The notes: generated by a model not told the origin, from the sequence alone. Numbered from the stretch's first letter, positions 1-10,141 are shown. The stretch: 64,000 nucleotides of DNA from Candidatus Woesearchaeota archaeon (GCA_027858315.1 JAQICV010000049.1:4928-68927), one strand, 5' to 3'. Numbers and translations: made by a program.

Positions 1-103
1 TAGTGGTCTTTAAAGTACTTAAACAGTAGTTCTCCTAAAGAGGAGAGTATTTAATCATTAACATAATAATATTAATAAACTAAGAAAAATTAAAAGAAAA
101 AAA

Positions 104-829
104 CTAATTAGAATTAGTCCAAATAGTATCCCACAACTTGTGATACTGGCCAGCCAACTCCTCGGACTCAATTAAAATTGCAGAAAACTCTTCAGCAAAA
201 GTCATTAAAAGTACTTTATTCTTAAAAATAGACATAGCAGGAGGGATTTCCAAAGAAGTAAACCTTAACTCAGAAGAATTATAATCTTCTAATTCCTTTT
301 TATTTTCAATTTTAGAAATACCTTTTACAACCAACTCAGCAGCTTTTCTCCTAGTGTCAAGTATTTCAAAAAAAGTAATAATGTCTTCATTTAAAACATC
401 ATGAGCCACACCAAAATATTTATGTAGTTCACCACTCTCAGCATCCTCAAATAGTTTCAAGGAAGCGCCCATCATTCCCTTTTTACCTATAAATACCTCA
501 ACTTTAGGACAAGATATTTGAATTTTAGACTTCAACAATTCCAATTCAGGAATAATTTTTACAAATTTCTCTTTTTTTACTTCAATATATTCTTCAATAT
601 TTTCAGGACCTGTTGCAAAATAGTGTTTAACATTATTCTTCAAAACAAATGAAACAAAACCTTTCTCAATCAAAGACAAAATAGAATTGTGAATAACTGA
701 GCTTTGAATTCCAGTTTTTAGAATAATTTCTCCAGATTTACATTCACCAAGTTTTAATATCGCTAAATAAATTTTTGCTTGAGAATTAGTCATACCAGAA
801 GTTTCAATTAAAGTTTTTTCTATATCCAT
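104..829 (-). CDS. TrmB-family winged-helix transcriptional regulator
   Basis: 241-aa ORF. The N-terminal wHTH SQAKIYLAILKLGECKSGEIILKTGIQSSVIHNSILSLIEKGFVS is typical of archaeal TrmB regulators. A C-terminal effector-like domain follows. Confidence 0.7.
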   Translation of the reverse strand: MDIEKTLIETSGMTNSQAKIYLAILKLGECKSGEIILKTGIQSSVIHNSILSLIEKGFVSFVLKNNVKHYFATGPENIEEYIEVKKEKFVKIIPELELLKSKIQISCPKVEVFIGKKGMMGASLKLFEDAESGELHKYFGVAHDVLNEDIITFFEILDTRRKAAELVVKGISKIENKKELEDYNSSELRFTSLEIPPAMSIFKNKVLLMTFAEEFSAILIESEELAGQYHKLWDTIWTNSN

Positions 830-891
830 ATTAAATTATAAAATAACTCACTTATATAATTTATCAAAAAAAGAATAAAAAATGTTTTATT

Positions 892-1359
892 TTATTGAAG
901 CCACTCAGGAAGCTTTGAAGTAATTCCTTCTAAAGGGCCATTTAATAATACAATATAAAATGGTGCAAATCCAATTAATGCTGCAACAACCAATTTATGC
1001 CAAAACTTCTCACTAAAACCACCACCACTAATACCTTTAATAGCATGTGATGAAACTATTTTCAAAAGCATAAATGCCATAATAATCGCTGATGCAACAA
1101 TACTATTTCCACTTGCATCTACAAAAAGGATTCCATTAAGCCACACAGGAAACCATTCTTGAAGTGTAAACCAACTAACATTTGATGCAATAAGTACACC
1201 CACAACCGAAAACAAAAGGCCGTGCCACATATCCCCTAAAAAATCTTTTCCACTAGTCATATTCTCATCTTCATAAACGAAAAATGCTTCGAGTATTCCA
1301 ACTAAAATACCTACAACTAAAGGTAACGCCAAACTAAATGTTATTTCTTCTACTGCCAT
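892..1359 (-). CDS. hypothetical multi-pass membrane protein
   Basis: 155-aa ORF with 4-5 hydrophobic segments. No family recognised. Confidence 0.45.
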   Translation of the reverse strand: MAVEEITFSLALPLVVGILVGILEAFFVYEDENMTSGKDFLGDMWHGLLFSVVGVLIASNVSWFTLQEWFPVWLNGILFVDASGNSIVASAIIMAFMLLKIVSSHAIKGISGGGFSEKFWHKLVVAALIGFAPFYIVLLNGPLEGITSKLPEWLQ

Positions 1360-1387
1360 TTTTTATTTTTATCTGTAATAGTTTTAT

Positions 1388-2191
1388 TTATTCTTCATCC
1401 TCGCAAGGACTAATATTTATATCTCCAAAATGTTCTTCTTGCTTAAGTTTCAACTTAGAATTATTATGTAAATGTAATAGAGGAATAAACCTGTCCAAAA
1501 TTTCCATTTTCTCTTCAAGACCATCAACTAAATGATTAAAACATAAATGTCCTTTCTTTGAAGAAAATTCAGATTTTACTAAATCATATAATTCCTCTAT
1601 TAATTGTTTCAAATCCTTAGGTCTTTTTTCATACATAGGACCATCATATTTCGTATCTCCAGATCGTTGAAAAAAATTAGTTCGTCTCCTATTACTTTGC
1701 TCAAAAGTTTTCTCCAAAGTTTTAATTAAATCAAAAATAGTAACTTTTCTCTTTCTTGCAATAGGATTCCTATACTTAAGCACATACTTCTTCTTTTTCA
1801 AATCAATTTCATCAAGTTCTAAATCAAGTCCTTCTAAAGCATCAAGCTCATCAAAACCATTACTATCAGATTGAACTTGTGCAATTTTATCCTCAATTCC
1901 TCTAATATCTCTCTCAAGTAAAGTCTCTGTTTTTGTCTTCAAAAGAAACACTGCAACAGTTAAAAACTTGCCAGAAACATCAAAATCAACATCTTTTAAC
2001 TCTTTTAAAGATTGAATATATTTGTTAGTTAAAAGACTCAAATCAATATCCCAAGGATTTAAACCCTCTTTATGAATTAACTCATACAAAAAGCTCTTCC
2101 AATCAATCACATCTTTATTAGTTGCAACATCATAAATTCTCTCTTCAGGTTTAATATAAACTAATTCCTCTTGATTTGACTGAGAAGGCAT
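1388..2191 (-). CDS. scpA: segregation and condensation protein A (kleisin ScpA)
   Basis: 267-aa ORF. The ScpA signature NPWDIDLSLLTNKYIQSLKELKDVDFDVSGKFLTVAVFLLKTKTETLL is present, with an acidic linker and a C-terminal winged helix. Confidence 0.75.
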   Translation of the reverse strand: MPSQSNQEELVYIKPEERIYDVATNKDVIDWKSFLYELIHKEGLNPWDIDLSLLTNKYIQSLKELKDVDFDVSGKFLTVAVFLLKTKTETLLERDIRGIEDKIAQVQSDSNGFDELDALEGLDLELDEIDLKKKKYVLKYRNPIARKRKVTIFDLIKTLEKTFEQSNRRRTNFFQRSGDTKYDGPMYEKRPKDLKQLIEELYDLVKSEFSSKKGHLCFNHLVDGLEEKMEILDRFIPLLHLHNNSKLKLKQEEHFGDINISPCEDEE

Positions 2192-2212
2192 ACTAAATAC
2201 CTCTAAAAACCC

Positions 2213-2220
2213 TTTATAAA
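2213..2220. promoter_or_regulatory. palindromic TATA core TTTATAAA in the scpA / 2283 divergent intergenic region
   Basis: The core lies 21 nt from the scpA ATG (2191), the same spacing seen at other leaderless genes in this window. Confidence 0.5.
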
Positions 2221-2228
2221 TATTTGTA

Positions 2229-2242
2229 CTTACTTAAGTAAG
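2229..2242. repeat. perfect 14-nt palindrome CTTACTTAAGTAAG
   Basis: Read directly from the sequence. It sits just downstream of the TATA core, between divergent genes. Confidence 0.8.
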
Positions 2243-2282
2243 AGAATGATATATTATAAAAATATAAAAAAAAGAAAAAGGT

Positions 2283-3548
2283 ATGATAAAGAAAATTCTA
2301 TTAATTTTATTCTTATTTTTTATAGGAATTAACATCACAAATGCTGGTTATGAGTTTAACGAATCAAATCAAAACCTCACACTAGAAAGAGTTGGGTGGT
2401 GTACAGACCTTGAAGTAATATTTACTGCATGGAATGAAAATCAATACGAGGATATTGAAAATATACAAGAAAACCTTTGTGAAGAAGATGAAACTCCTGA
2501 AGATGACCATTGTGATGAATTTTTAGATATAACTGGAACATACACAATCTACAATGGACCTCTAGATAGCTTACCTATATTTGAAGAAGGAACAATTGGA
2601 GATGATGGTATCTTTAAAGTATTTTTTACACAAGAACAAAAATATTTAATTGAAGTATACTCCGAAGATAATGAAGATAATAGCTACAATGACCATCACG
2701 AACTATATGATATAATGGAATGCAAAGAAGCTGACCCAACAAAAGTAGAACAAACTCAATACAATTTAGAATATTTTAATCATTCATTTAATTTTCCAAA
2801 CTCAGAACTTACAGTAAATATCGAAAATACACCAATAAAAGAAAGCGCAGAAATAAAAATTGAAGACTTATCAAGCATCGAAAATAAACCTTCAGATGCA
2901 ATAAAAACTCTCAAAATTTCAGCTGTTAAAGACTCATTCATAGATAAAAATTATAGTAAATTAGACTTTGAATTTGATTTAGATTTTACTAACTCAATTA
3001 TTAAAGTATACAAATTCGATTCAGCAAAACAATCGTGGAATGAAATAACATATACTAATACATCTAATAAATTAATTCTTGAAAGCATAGATTTTGGAAT
3101 TTATTCAATAACAAAAGAAAGTACAATTATAATTGAAAATTCAACTAACACAGCAATAAACAATGAAGAAACAAATAATGATGAATTAGAAACTGAAGCT
3201 GAAACAACAAATCTTGTTGATGAAACTGAAATTGAACAAGAAGAAAGTAAAGCGAAGTTATTTGGATTTGTCTTTTTAGGATTAATTGGAGTAATAATAT
3301 TAATTATTACAATCTTAAAAATAAGCCATAAAAAAGAAATTCAAACTTATAATCAAAAGATAGGAGAAAAAGAAACTAGTAATCCAATTCAAGATGTACT
3401 TACAACATATAATGACACCTACAATAGTACAAAACAATACATTTTGCAATACAAAGCAAGTTACACCAAAGAACAACTAATCACTGCTCTAAAAACCTCC
3501 AATGTGCCTACAGATATAATTGATAAAGTAATTAGTGAAGAATATTAA
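2283..3548 (+). CDS. secreted, C-terminally membrane-anchored acidic surface protein (hypothetical)
   Basis: 421 aa. N-terminal signal-like ILLILFLFFIGINITNA, a D/E/N-rich body, a C-terminal TM LFGFVFLGLIGVIILIITILKI and a short tail. Confidence 0.5.
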   Translation: MIKKILLILFLFFIGINITNAGYEFNESNQNLTLERVGWCTDLEVIFTAWNENQYEDIENIQENLCEEDETPEDDHCDEFLDITGTYTIYNGPLDSLPIFEEGTIGDDGIFKVFFTQEQKYLIEVYSEDNEDNSYNDHHELYDIMECKEADPTKVEQTQYNLEYFNHSFNFPNSELTVNIENTPIKESAEIKIEDLSSIENKPSDAIKTLKISAVKDSFIDKNYSKLDFEFDLDFTNSIIKVYKFDSAKQSWNEITYTNTSNKLILESIDFGIYSITKESTIIIENSTNTAINNEETNNDELETEAETTNLVDETEIEQEESKAKLFGFVFLGLIGVIILIITILKISHKKEIQTYNQKIGEKETSNPIQDVLTTYNDTYNSTKQYILQYKASYTKEQLITALKTSNVPTDIIDKVISEEY

Positions 3549-3573
3549 TCTTCAATTATTATATCTAAATTCT

Positions 3574-3768
3574 TCAATTAAAAAAAGCAATAAAAAATAT
3601 TCCAACTAATATTATTATAGTTGCCAGTATTCTTTGAGAAGTATTTTTTTCTTTAAATAAAATATATGCTCCAACTACAGAAAATAAAATACTCATCCTT
3701 TTTATTGAAAATACATAAACTACTAAATTTAAATTCACTGCACTCCATTGAAAAATCGAAGTTAAACC
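3574..3768 (-). pseudogene. possible remnant of an EamA/DMT-type transporter C-terminus
   Basis: A 64-codon open frame with no start codon until M at 3696. It translates as [64 protein letters not shown], which resembles the last two helices of an EamA domain. It overlaps the lonB stop codon. Confidence 0.3.
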
Positions 3769-5732
3769 TTAAAATAATTTTTAATATTATCTTTAGTTTT
3801 TTTATCAACTTTTTTCCAATCAAGAGCAACTTCTAAAACTTGATCAAAAGTTTTAACTGGCACAATTTTAATCTTAGCTTTAGTTTCATCAGATATAACA
3901 ATATCTTTCAAATTACTCGCAGGAACAATAACAGTTTTAATCCCACTCATAATCGCACCTTCAATCTTTGCAGAAATTCCTCCAATAGGAAGTACTTCTC
4001 CTCTAATTGACAAAGACCCAGTCATTGCAACTTCTTGTCTAATTGGTATAGATTTAAGCGCAGAAACAATTGCAGTTGCAACTGCAATAGATGCACTATC
4101 ACCTTCAACACCACTATGAGTTTGAATAAATTGAATATAAATACTATAATCCTTTGTCAAATCCTCCCCAAAAATTTTTTGAATAAGAGCTGAAATATTA
4201 GTTACACTCTCCTTTGCAATCTCTCCAAGCTTACCTGTAGCAATAAATTGGACTCCTTTTCCACCCTTTACTACTTCTGCCTCAATAGTTAAAACCATAC
4301 CTGAATAAGGCGGACTAGAACCAATAACTGCCAAACCATTAACTCTTCCAATAGAAACTCCTTTTGTTATAATAATAGAATACTCTTTCTTAACCTCAGT
4401 GTATCTTGAAATCATTTGCTCTTCAATAGACTTCACTTTCTCAAAAGCCATTTTAATATCTTCTACCTCTGTAAGTAAAGCTCCTCTCTCAATTGCAATA
4501 TCTCCTGCAGCACGCACAATACCACCAAGCTCCCTAAATCTAGTAGTTAATTTATTTGCTTTATCACCTCTTTTTTTAGCTTCCATGACAATATAATCAC
4601 AAGCTGCAGAAGTAAAATGTGGAATCTTACCATCATTTTTAACTTCTTGAGCAATGAATTGCATAATTTTTTTCCTATTCTCCAAATTATCATCCATTAC
4701 ATCATTCATATAAATTTCATACCCATAACCCCTAATTCTTGATCTTAAAGCAGGATGCATATGATTTAGAGTCTCTAAATTACCTGCCGCAACTAAAATG
4801 AAATCAGTAGGAACTGGAGTCGAACGAACCATCGCTCCAGCACTCCTCTCAGACCTTCCAGTAATAGGCATCTGTTTTTCTTGAATTGCAGTAAGAAGTT
4901 CTTGTTGCATTTCAGGTTTAAGAGTTGCAATTTCATCAATAAATAAAACTCCACCATTAGCTTTATGTATCATTCCAGAAACAACTCTTTGATGTGCAGG
5001 AGTTCCCATTCCACCACTCTGAAAAGGATCATGTAAAACATCACCTAAAAGTGCACCTTCATGAGCTCCAGATGCATCTTCAAAAATCATTTTTCTACCA
5101 GTATTATCAACTATAAGTTTAGGAGTAGAATTATCATTCCCACCAGGAAGTCCAGCCCTTTTACCAATACTAGAAAACAAAGCAAACGCCAAAATCAAAA
5201 TTCCGAAAAATGCAAGTTGGCCTATAATTGCTGCTGCATAAATAACATCTGAAATTCCTCCACTCTTCCACAAATAATGTAAATAAATCGACATAACAAC
5301 TGATAAAATAAAAATGAAAATGAAAACCATTCCTTGACCCTTACCAATAGATTTAATTTGGGAAAATTTAATTTTATCAATAATTTTTTGACCATCTCCA
5401 GCCTCAGTTACCTTAACAATAGGATTATTATCATCCTTAGGATTAGGATAAGATAAAACATCAAGAGCATTTTTAGTAGATAAAATCTCTGCAATGGCCT
5501 TTCCAAGCATACTCTTCCCAGTACCAGGCTCACCTAATAATAAAACATGTCTCCTCTGAGCTGCAGCTTTATTAATTATTTCAAGAGCTTGTTCTTGTCC
5601 AATCACATTCTCTACAATCTTTTCAGAAATCTTAATCTCTCCAGTATGTTTAAAATTAAGATAATCTTTCTTACTAATTTCTTTATATTTCACATCAGAA
5701 CTCTTAGAATTTTTTTTAGAAGATTTTTCCAT
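3762..5732 (-). CDS. lonB: archaeal membrane-bound Lon protease (LonB)
   Basis: 656 aa. Walker [19 protein letters not shown]. Two TM helices are inserted in the AAA+ module ([21 protein letters not shown] and [20 protein letters not shown]). The protease Ser-Lys dyad context is [19 protein letters not shown] and [12 protein letters not shown]. Confidence 0.9.
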   Translation of the reverse strand: MEKSSKKNSKSSDVKYKEISKKDYLNFKHTGEIKISEKIVENVIGQEQALEIINKAAAQRRHVLLLGEPGTGKSMLGKAIAEILSTKNALDVLSYPNPKDDNNPIVKVTEAGDGQKIIDKIKFSQIKSIGKGQGMVFIFIFILSVVMSIYLHYLWKSGGISDVIYAAAIIGQLAFFGILILAFALFSSIGKRAGLPGGNDNSTPKLIVDNTGRKMIFEDASGAHEGALLGDVLHDPFQSGGMGTPAHQRVVSGMIHKANGGVLFIDEIATLKPEMQQELLTAIQEKQMPITGRSERSAGAMVRSTPVPTDFILVAAGNLETLNHMHPALRSRIRGYGYEIYMNDVMDDNLENRKKIMQFIAQEVKNDGKIPHFTSAACDYIVMEAKKRGDKANKLTTRFRELGGIVRAAGDIAIERGALLTEVEDIKMAFEKVKSIEEQMISRYTEVKKEYSIIITKGVSIGRVNGLAVIGSSPPYSGMVLTIEAEVVKGGKGVQFIATGKLGEIAKESVTNISALIQKIFGEDLTKDYSIYIQFIQTHSGVEGDSASIAVATAIVSALKSIPIRQEVAMTGSLSIRGEVLPIGGISAKIEGAIMSGIKTVIVPASNLKDIVISDETKAKIKIVPVKTFDQVLEVALDWKKVDKKTKDNIKNYFKV

Positions 5733-5753
5733 ATAGAATAATATAACACTAGA

Positions 5754-5761
5754 TTTAAAAA
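5754..5761 (-). promoter_or_regulatory. TATA-like element upstream of lonB
   Basis: The minus strand reads CTTTTTAAATC, and the core ends 21 nt from the lonB ATG at 5732. Confidence 0.4.
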
Positions 5762-5791
5762 GATTTCCAATATATAATAAATATAATCTAG

Positions 5792-6217
5792 TTACATCTT
5801 TTTATGTAATAAATGATAAAGTTCAAATACCCTGGATAAAATCTCAGAACTTAAATCATTATTAATAACTCTTATTAAAAGTAAATTATATGCATCCTTA
5901 TACTCTTTAGGTTCAAGCCAGAATGTCAAATTCACATAATCTACAGCCCTTTTATTTGAAACTTGAATTTTTGCTGCCTTAAACAAAGAATTCTCAAAAG
6001 TTAAAAATGAACTAAACTTATCATCTTTATCTAAAAATAAAAAATCACACTCAAAACTCTTAAAATTAGACCTACTTACAACATAATTTCCTTTTACATC
6101 ATCTCTAGAAACAAAAACAACAAATTTTCGAGAACTAAGCTTAATTTTATCAACAAAAGAACTATTCTTCTCATAAAACTCATCATCAATCTCAAATAAA
6201 AAACCTAAATTACCCAT
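5792..6217 (-). CDS. hypothetical protein
   Basis: 141-aa ORF in a compact gene context. No recognisable motifs. Confidence 0.4.
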   Translation of the reverse strand: MGNLGFLFEIDDEFYEKNSSFVDKIKLSSRKFVVFVSRDDVKGNYVVSRSNFKSFECDFLFLDKDDKFSSFLTFENSLFKAAKIQVSNKRAVDYVNLTFWLEPKEYKDAYNLLLIRVINNDLSSEILSRVFELYHLLHKKM

Positions 6218-6238
6218 TAAATATAAAATTCAAAAAAA

Positions 6239-6247
6239 CTTTATAAA
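6239..6247 (+). promoter_or_regulatory. BRE/TATA element CTTTATAAA of the uracil-DNA glycosylase gene
   Basis: The motif ends 21 nt upstream of the ATG at 6269, which implies a leaderless mRNA. Confidence 0.5.
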
Positions 6248-6268
6248 CTATTACAAACAAATATACCT

Positions 6269-6898
6269 ATGAATAAAAAAGAGGAATTAGAAAAAGTAAA
6301 ACAAGAAATTTTAACAAAATTAAAATGTCCTCTAAAAGATGCAGCCCTAAATCTAGTATTTGGTAAAGGAAATGAAAATGCTAAAATACTATTCATTGGT
6401 GAAGCTCCAGGCGCAAAAGAAGATGAAATTGGTCTGCCGTTTGTTGGAAGAGCAGGGAAAAAACTAGACAAACTACTAAATCAAATTGAACTAACAATTG
6501 ATGAAGTATATATTGCAAATATCCTAAAATATAGACCTCCAAAAAATAGGGACCCAAATAAAGAAGAAATCCGAAATCATACACCATACTTAATTGAGCA
6601 AATAAAAATAATAAAACCTCAAATAATTGCAACGCTTGGAAATTATGCAACAAAATTTGTTCTTGCAAACTTCAACCCTGACGAAATGAAAAAAGTAAAA
6701 GGAATTGCTGAAATTCATGGACAAAAACACGAAATTGAATTCGAAAATGAAAAATTTTTAGTAATCCCAATATATCACCCCTCCGCCATGATGTACAAAC
6801 CATCCCTAAAAGAAGATTTCGAAAATGACTTCAAAATTATGGCAAAAATAATTGGTACAAAATTCAAAAAAGAAGAAATACAAAAATCATTAATTTAA
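6269..6898 (+). CDS. udg: family 4 uracil-DNA glycosylase
   Basis: 209 aa. Motif [30 protein letters not shown] and motif B HPSAMMY. Confidence 0.85.
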   Translation: MNKKEELEKVKQEILTKLKCPLKDAALNLVFGKGNENAKILFIGEAPGAKEDEIGLPFVGRAGKKLDKLLNQIELTIDEVYIANILKYRPPKNRDPNKEEIRNHTPYLIEQIKIIKPQIIATLGNYATKFVLANFNPDEMKKVKGIAEIHGQKHEIEFENEKFLVIPIYHPSAMMYKPSLKEDFENDFKIMAKIIGTKFKKEEIQKSLI

Positions 6899-7161
6899 TT
6901 CCATCTCATATTACAAACATTTCCAAAAGTTACACCTTCTGATTGAGAATTTATTATATTAACATGACCTTTACCAAATACATCATTCTTAGCATGAACC
7001 ATCTCTACCTCATTTGTATCAAACAAACTACTATCATAAACATAATAAGTAGCACTACAGCCACAATCAGTGGTTTTATATTCAATCAAGACTGCTCCAA
7101 AAACTCCTCCCAAAGATACCATAAAAAATATCAAAATTATAAATATAAATTTTTTAATCAT
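6895..7161 (-). CDS. small secreted protein (hypothetical)
   Basis: The likely start is the internal Met of the 120-aa ORF, giving MIKKFIFIILIFFMVSLGGVFGA as a signal peptide. Two Cys residues are present. Confidence 0.4.
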   Translation of the reverse strand: MIKKFIFIILIFFMVSLGGVFGAVLIEYKTTDCGCSATYYVYDSSLFDTNEVEMVHAKNDVFGKGHVNIINSQSEGVTFGNVCNMRWN

Positions 7162-7278
7162 TTTTTTCTTAAATAATGAAGTAAAATTATGAATTTTTAA
7201 ATTTATAAAACTATCTAATTTTTGAAAAATTAAATTGTTCTTAATACAGCAAAGCAAATGATAGAACTATCTAAAATA

Positions 7279-8112
7279 TTATTTATCCCAATCATTAATC
7301 ATCTCAAACTGATCCTTATAAATTAAATTTTTCTCAGAAGTTTCAAGAATTAAAGGTATGTTCCTTTTCTTAAAAAATAATCCTATTTTTTTCAAACTCT
7401 CAACTCCAATATTCCCATATCCAATTTCTCTATGACCATCAATTTTTGAATTGAATTCATTTCTTGCATCATTAAGATGTATACAAAAAAGATTTTCATA
7501 CCCAATATTTCTTTCAATATCAAAAAACCATTTTTCAATAAATTCAAACTTAGACAAATCATAACCAGAAACAAAAAAATGACAAGTATCTAAACAAAAT
7601 CTAATTCTCTTTTTTTGCTCATCAGAAAACAAATTATAAACCTTTTTGATCCCTTCAAGATCATATCCTAAATCTCCTTTTGAACCAGGAGTATTCTCCA
7701 AAACTAAATATAAATCCTTAGGGATATTTTCTAAAATATAATCTACATTCATTTTAATATTTTCAAATGCCAAAGAATCAACTTCTTTCCCAATATGTAA
7801 AATAATTCCTTTTCCACCTAGAGCTGAAATTTTATACATATCAAGTACAAATAAATAAATCTCATCCAAATTATTCGAGTAATTTTTAGCTAAATTTAAA
7901 GCACCATGACCAATCAAAAAAATTTCATTTTTCAAAACATAATTCTTAACTCTTAAAAATTCATATTCATCAATAACATCAAAATTATGCAAAGAACTTT
8001 TCAAAAAAACCTGTATCGCATTGCAACCAATTAAATTTGAAAATTCAATAATTTCATTAAATAAATTATTCGGCCTAGAAATATGAAAACCTAAATGAGA
8101 TAATTTTACCAT
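7279..8112 (-). CDS. nfo: endonuclease IV family AP endonuclease (TIM barrel)
   Basis: 277 aa. Metal-ligand motifs ENTPGSKGDLGYDLE, CLDTCHFFVSGYD and IHLNDARNEFNSKIDGHREIGYGNIG. Confidence 0.75.
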   Translation of the reverse strand: MVKLSHLGFHISRPNNLFNEIIEFSNLIGCNAIQVFLKSSLHNFDVIDEYEFLRVKNYVLKNEIFLIGHGALNLAKNYSNNLDEIYLFVLDMYKISALGGKGIILHIGKEVDSLAFENIKMNVDYILENIPKDLYLVLENTPGSKGDLGYDLEGIKKVYNLFSDEQKKRIRFCLDTCHFFVSGYDLSKFEFIEKWFFDIERNIGYENLFCIHLNDARNEFNSKIDGHREIGYGNIGVESLKKIGLFFKKRNIPLILETSEKNLIYKDQFEMINDWDK

Positions 8113-8141
8113 ATCAATAATAGATTTTATAATTTATAAAA

Positions 8142-9055
8142 TTATTCTAAACTAAGATTAAACTTGTCTAATATATATTGAATCTCAGAATTAGTAGTCT
8201 TTATTTGATCATTAATTGCTTTAATTTTCCTCAATTCATCTTTTTTAAAAGGTGCTTTCTCAATTAGAGCTGCATCATCAATATATCCTTTATCAACATC
8301 ATCTAATTTTTGAAGAATATCTTCTTTAGTCAAACCATAAGTTTTCTTAGCAACTCCAAGTAAAAAACTATTTTTTTCAATCTCAACTATACGCCTATCT
8401 TTCAAAGATTGAACTCTTTCAATATTTGCTTTTAATATTAGTTCTATTTCTTCTCTACTAACTTGAGCTCTAATAACTTCTTCTTTAGTAGCTATTCCTT
8501 TATCATACTTTAAGAAAGATTCTTCATTATTTTCTCCTTTAAATAAAACCTCACCACTCCTAACAAATAAAATCTCATTCTCCTCGCCAACATGAATATC
8601 AAAGGAAGTACCATAAACCATAGCCATAGCATTAGTTGTAATAACGGAATAGAATATTCATTATTCTTAGAAAAACTATTATGCGTTGTTCCATTTAACT
8701 GATTAATACTTAAATTATCTTTAATCAAAGATACAATCTCAATTGAAGTGTTAGATTCTAAATCAATACTTGCTCTTCCATACAAAATAATCTTAGCATC
8801 ACCATCTAAAGTTCTAATCTTCTCATTTAAGAATAATTCTTGATTCTTATCAACCATAATCCAAGTATCATTTCTATAAACTTCAACATCTCCACTAAAA
8901 CTATTCAAAGCTGCAGGTTTTGCTGGTATTGATATTTTTTTAATTGGTTCAGAAGAAAAAGAATATAAACTAAAAATAATTAGAACAAGAATTATTAATC
9001 CAAAAATCACTCTTAATCTTTTATTTTTTAATAACTTTTTAAATTTAGTTTTCAT
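8142..9055 (-). pseudogene. FecR-domain membrane protein, apparently interrupted by a frameshift
   Basis: ORF 8510-9055 has a TM helix plus a FecR-like region (DGDAKIILYGRASIDLESNTSIEI) and then degenerates. The FecR-like sequence resumes in another frame as FYSVITTNAMAMVYGTSFDIHVGEENEILFVRSGEVLF (ORF 8142-8627, frame open from 8657). Confidence 0.5.
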
Positions 9056-9056
9056 T

Positions 9057-9635
9057 TTATTCCAAATTATCTAACTCATAATTAATAATAGTAATTGATT
9101 GAGAAGTAAAATAGATTTGAGGACCTAATGACAATCTAGTAGTATTCTTCTTTAAAAATTTTTTAACAGGTCTTGAAAATCCATCATGGTCTCCTAGAAC
9201 AAAAGTTGCATCAACTAATTTATCTGGAGTCAAACTCTTAATTCTATCACCAACAAAATCCAAAACATAAATATTCTCTGAATCTTTTTTCAACTCTTCA
9301 ACTACTTTAACAATAGATTTATTATCAACAAATACACCAGGATGAACTTGTTTAGTCTCTCCTTCCTTGTACCTTCTTAAAGCAATTTCAATTAAAGTTT
9401 TCATATCTTTCTTAGAGATAGTACTCTTTTCATCATACTTAATAATAATATGTCTAGGCGAAGTTGGAGGACCCATTAAAATCAAATGCAATTCAACATC
9501 CTCTCTAAAAGTATTCGATGCAAAAAGTGATGAAATAATACTATGTAATAACACATCAATTCTCCCCGCAGCTTTCAAATTTTTAATAACTGGATAAGTA
9601 TGGGCAGTCCCAGAATACACTATAAATCTTCTCAT
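9057..9635 (-). CDS. trmY: tRNA (pseudouridine54-N1)-methyltransferase TrmY (SPOUT, DUF358)
   Basis: 192 aa. MRRFIVYS...AAGRIDVLLHSIISSLFASNTFREDVELHLILMGPP matches the TrmY N-terminal pattern. Confidence 0.7.
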   Translation of the reverse strand: MRRFIVYSGTAHTYPVIKNLKAAGRIDVLLHSIISSLFASNTFREDVELHLILMGPPTSPRHIIIKYDEKSTISKKDMKTLIEIALRRYKEGETKQVHPGVFVDNKSIVKVVEELKKDSENIYVLDFVGDRIKSLTPDKLVDATFVLGDHDGFSRPVKKFLKKNTTRLSLGPQIYFTSQSITIINYELDNLE

Positions 9636-10141
9636 TCTAATAATAAAACCTCCTCATAATTTAAAACATTATCTTTTCCTATAACTCTTTTTAAACTATT
9701 AAGAAACACTCCATTAGTTGCCCCATCCTGAGCCGTAACGCAATCCGAAACAACTCTTACTGGAATTCCTAAATCAAACAAATCAATAGCACCATAAAAT
9801 ATAGATACATCCGTATAAACACCACAAAGTAAAATCTCATCATACTCATTCTCTTCCATAAACTCAAATAACTCTTCAGAAAAAACTGAATAAGTATTAT
9901 GTTTAAACTTCTTAAAACTTAAATCTGAAAGTTCCTTTAAAAGTTCCCTATCATATTCGTTCTGAAATACTTTCCAATTCAAAACTCTCTCAAAATTAGA
10001 GTCTTTCTCATTCTCAAAACAAGAAAAAACTACATCCCCATTAAAACTCATAACTAAATTTCTAATACTTGAAACAAGCTTTAAAATATTATCATCTCTA
10101 AATCCTTCTTGCATATCAACAATAATTAATAAACGATTCAT
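9632..10141 (-). CDS. isochorismatase / cysteine-hydrolase family protein
   Basis: 169 aa. LLIIVDMQEGF and LLCGVYTDVSI are present, but the usual nucleophile Cys position reads Ser. There is a 4-nt overlap with trmY. Confidence 0.65.
   Translation of the reverse strand: MNRLLIIVDMQEGFRDDNILKLVSSIRNLVMSFNGDVVFSCFENEKDSNFERVLNWKVFQNEYDRELLKELSDLSFKKFKHNTYSVFSEELFEFMEENEYDEILLCGVYTDVSIFYGAIDLFDLGIPVRVVSDCVTAQDGATNGVFLNSLKRVIGKDNVLNYEEVLLLE

Noticed and set aside
4399-5741. Short plus-strand ORFs antisense to lonB. The same class includes 1338-1535, 6241-6471, 6393-6668, 6943-7176, 7392-7574, 9367-9597, 11709-11900, 12893-13162, 15484-15672 and 15783-15992. It also includes 19055-19243, 21324-21506, 26345-26542, 27059-27250, 27882-28088, 30045-30227, 31368-31691, 32776-33039, 34794-34988 and 35886-36224. 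The remaining members are 39745-39927, 41451-41639, 47356-47745, 47838-48239, 50807-51034, 52165-52365, 53282-53473, 55859-56125, 56353-56655, 56429-56665, 57196-57387, 58091-58288, 60722-60970 and 61974-62177.
   Set aside because: All overlap much longer ORFs with clear family signatures. Their translations are low-complexity and typical of alternative frames in AT-rich DNA.
9632-10141. Isochorismatase-family protein as a possible inactive pseudoenzyme, because the usual nucleophile Cys position reads Ser (TDVSI)
   Set aside because: My alignment is by eye only. A neighbouring Cys (LLCGVY) or a Ser nucleophile could be functional, so the evidence is not strong enough for a finding.
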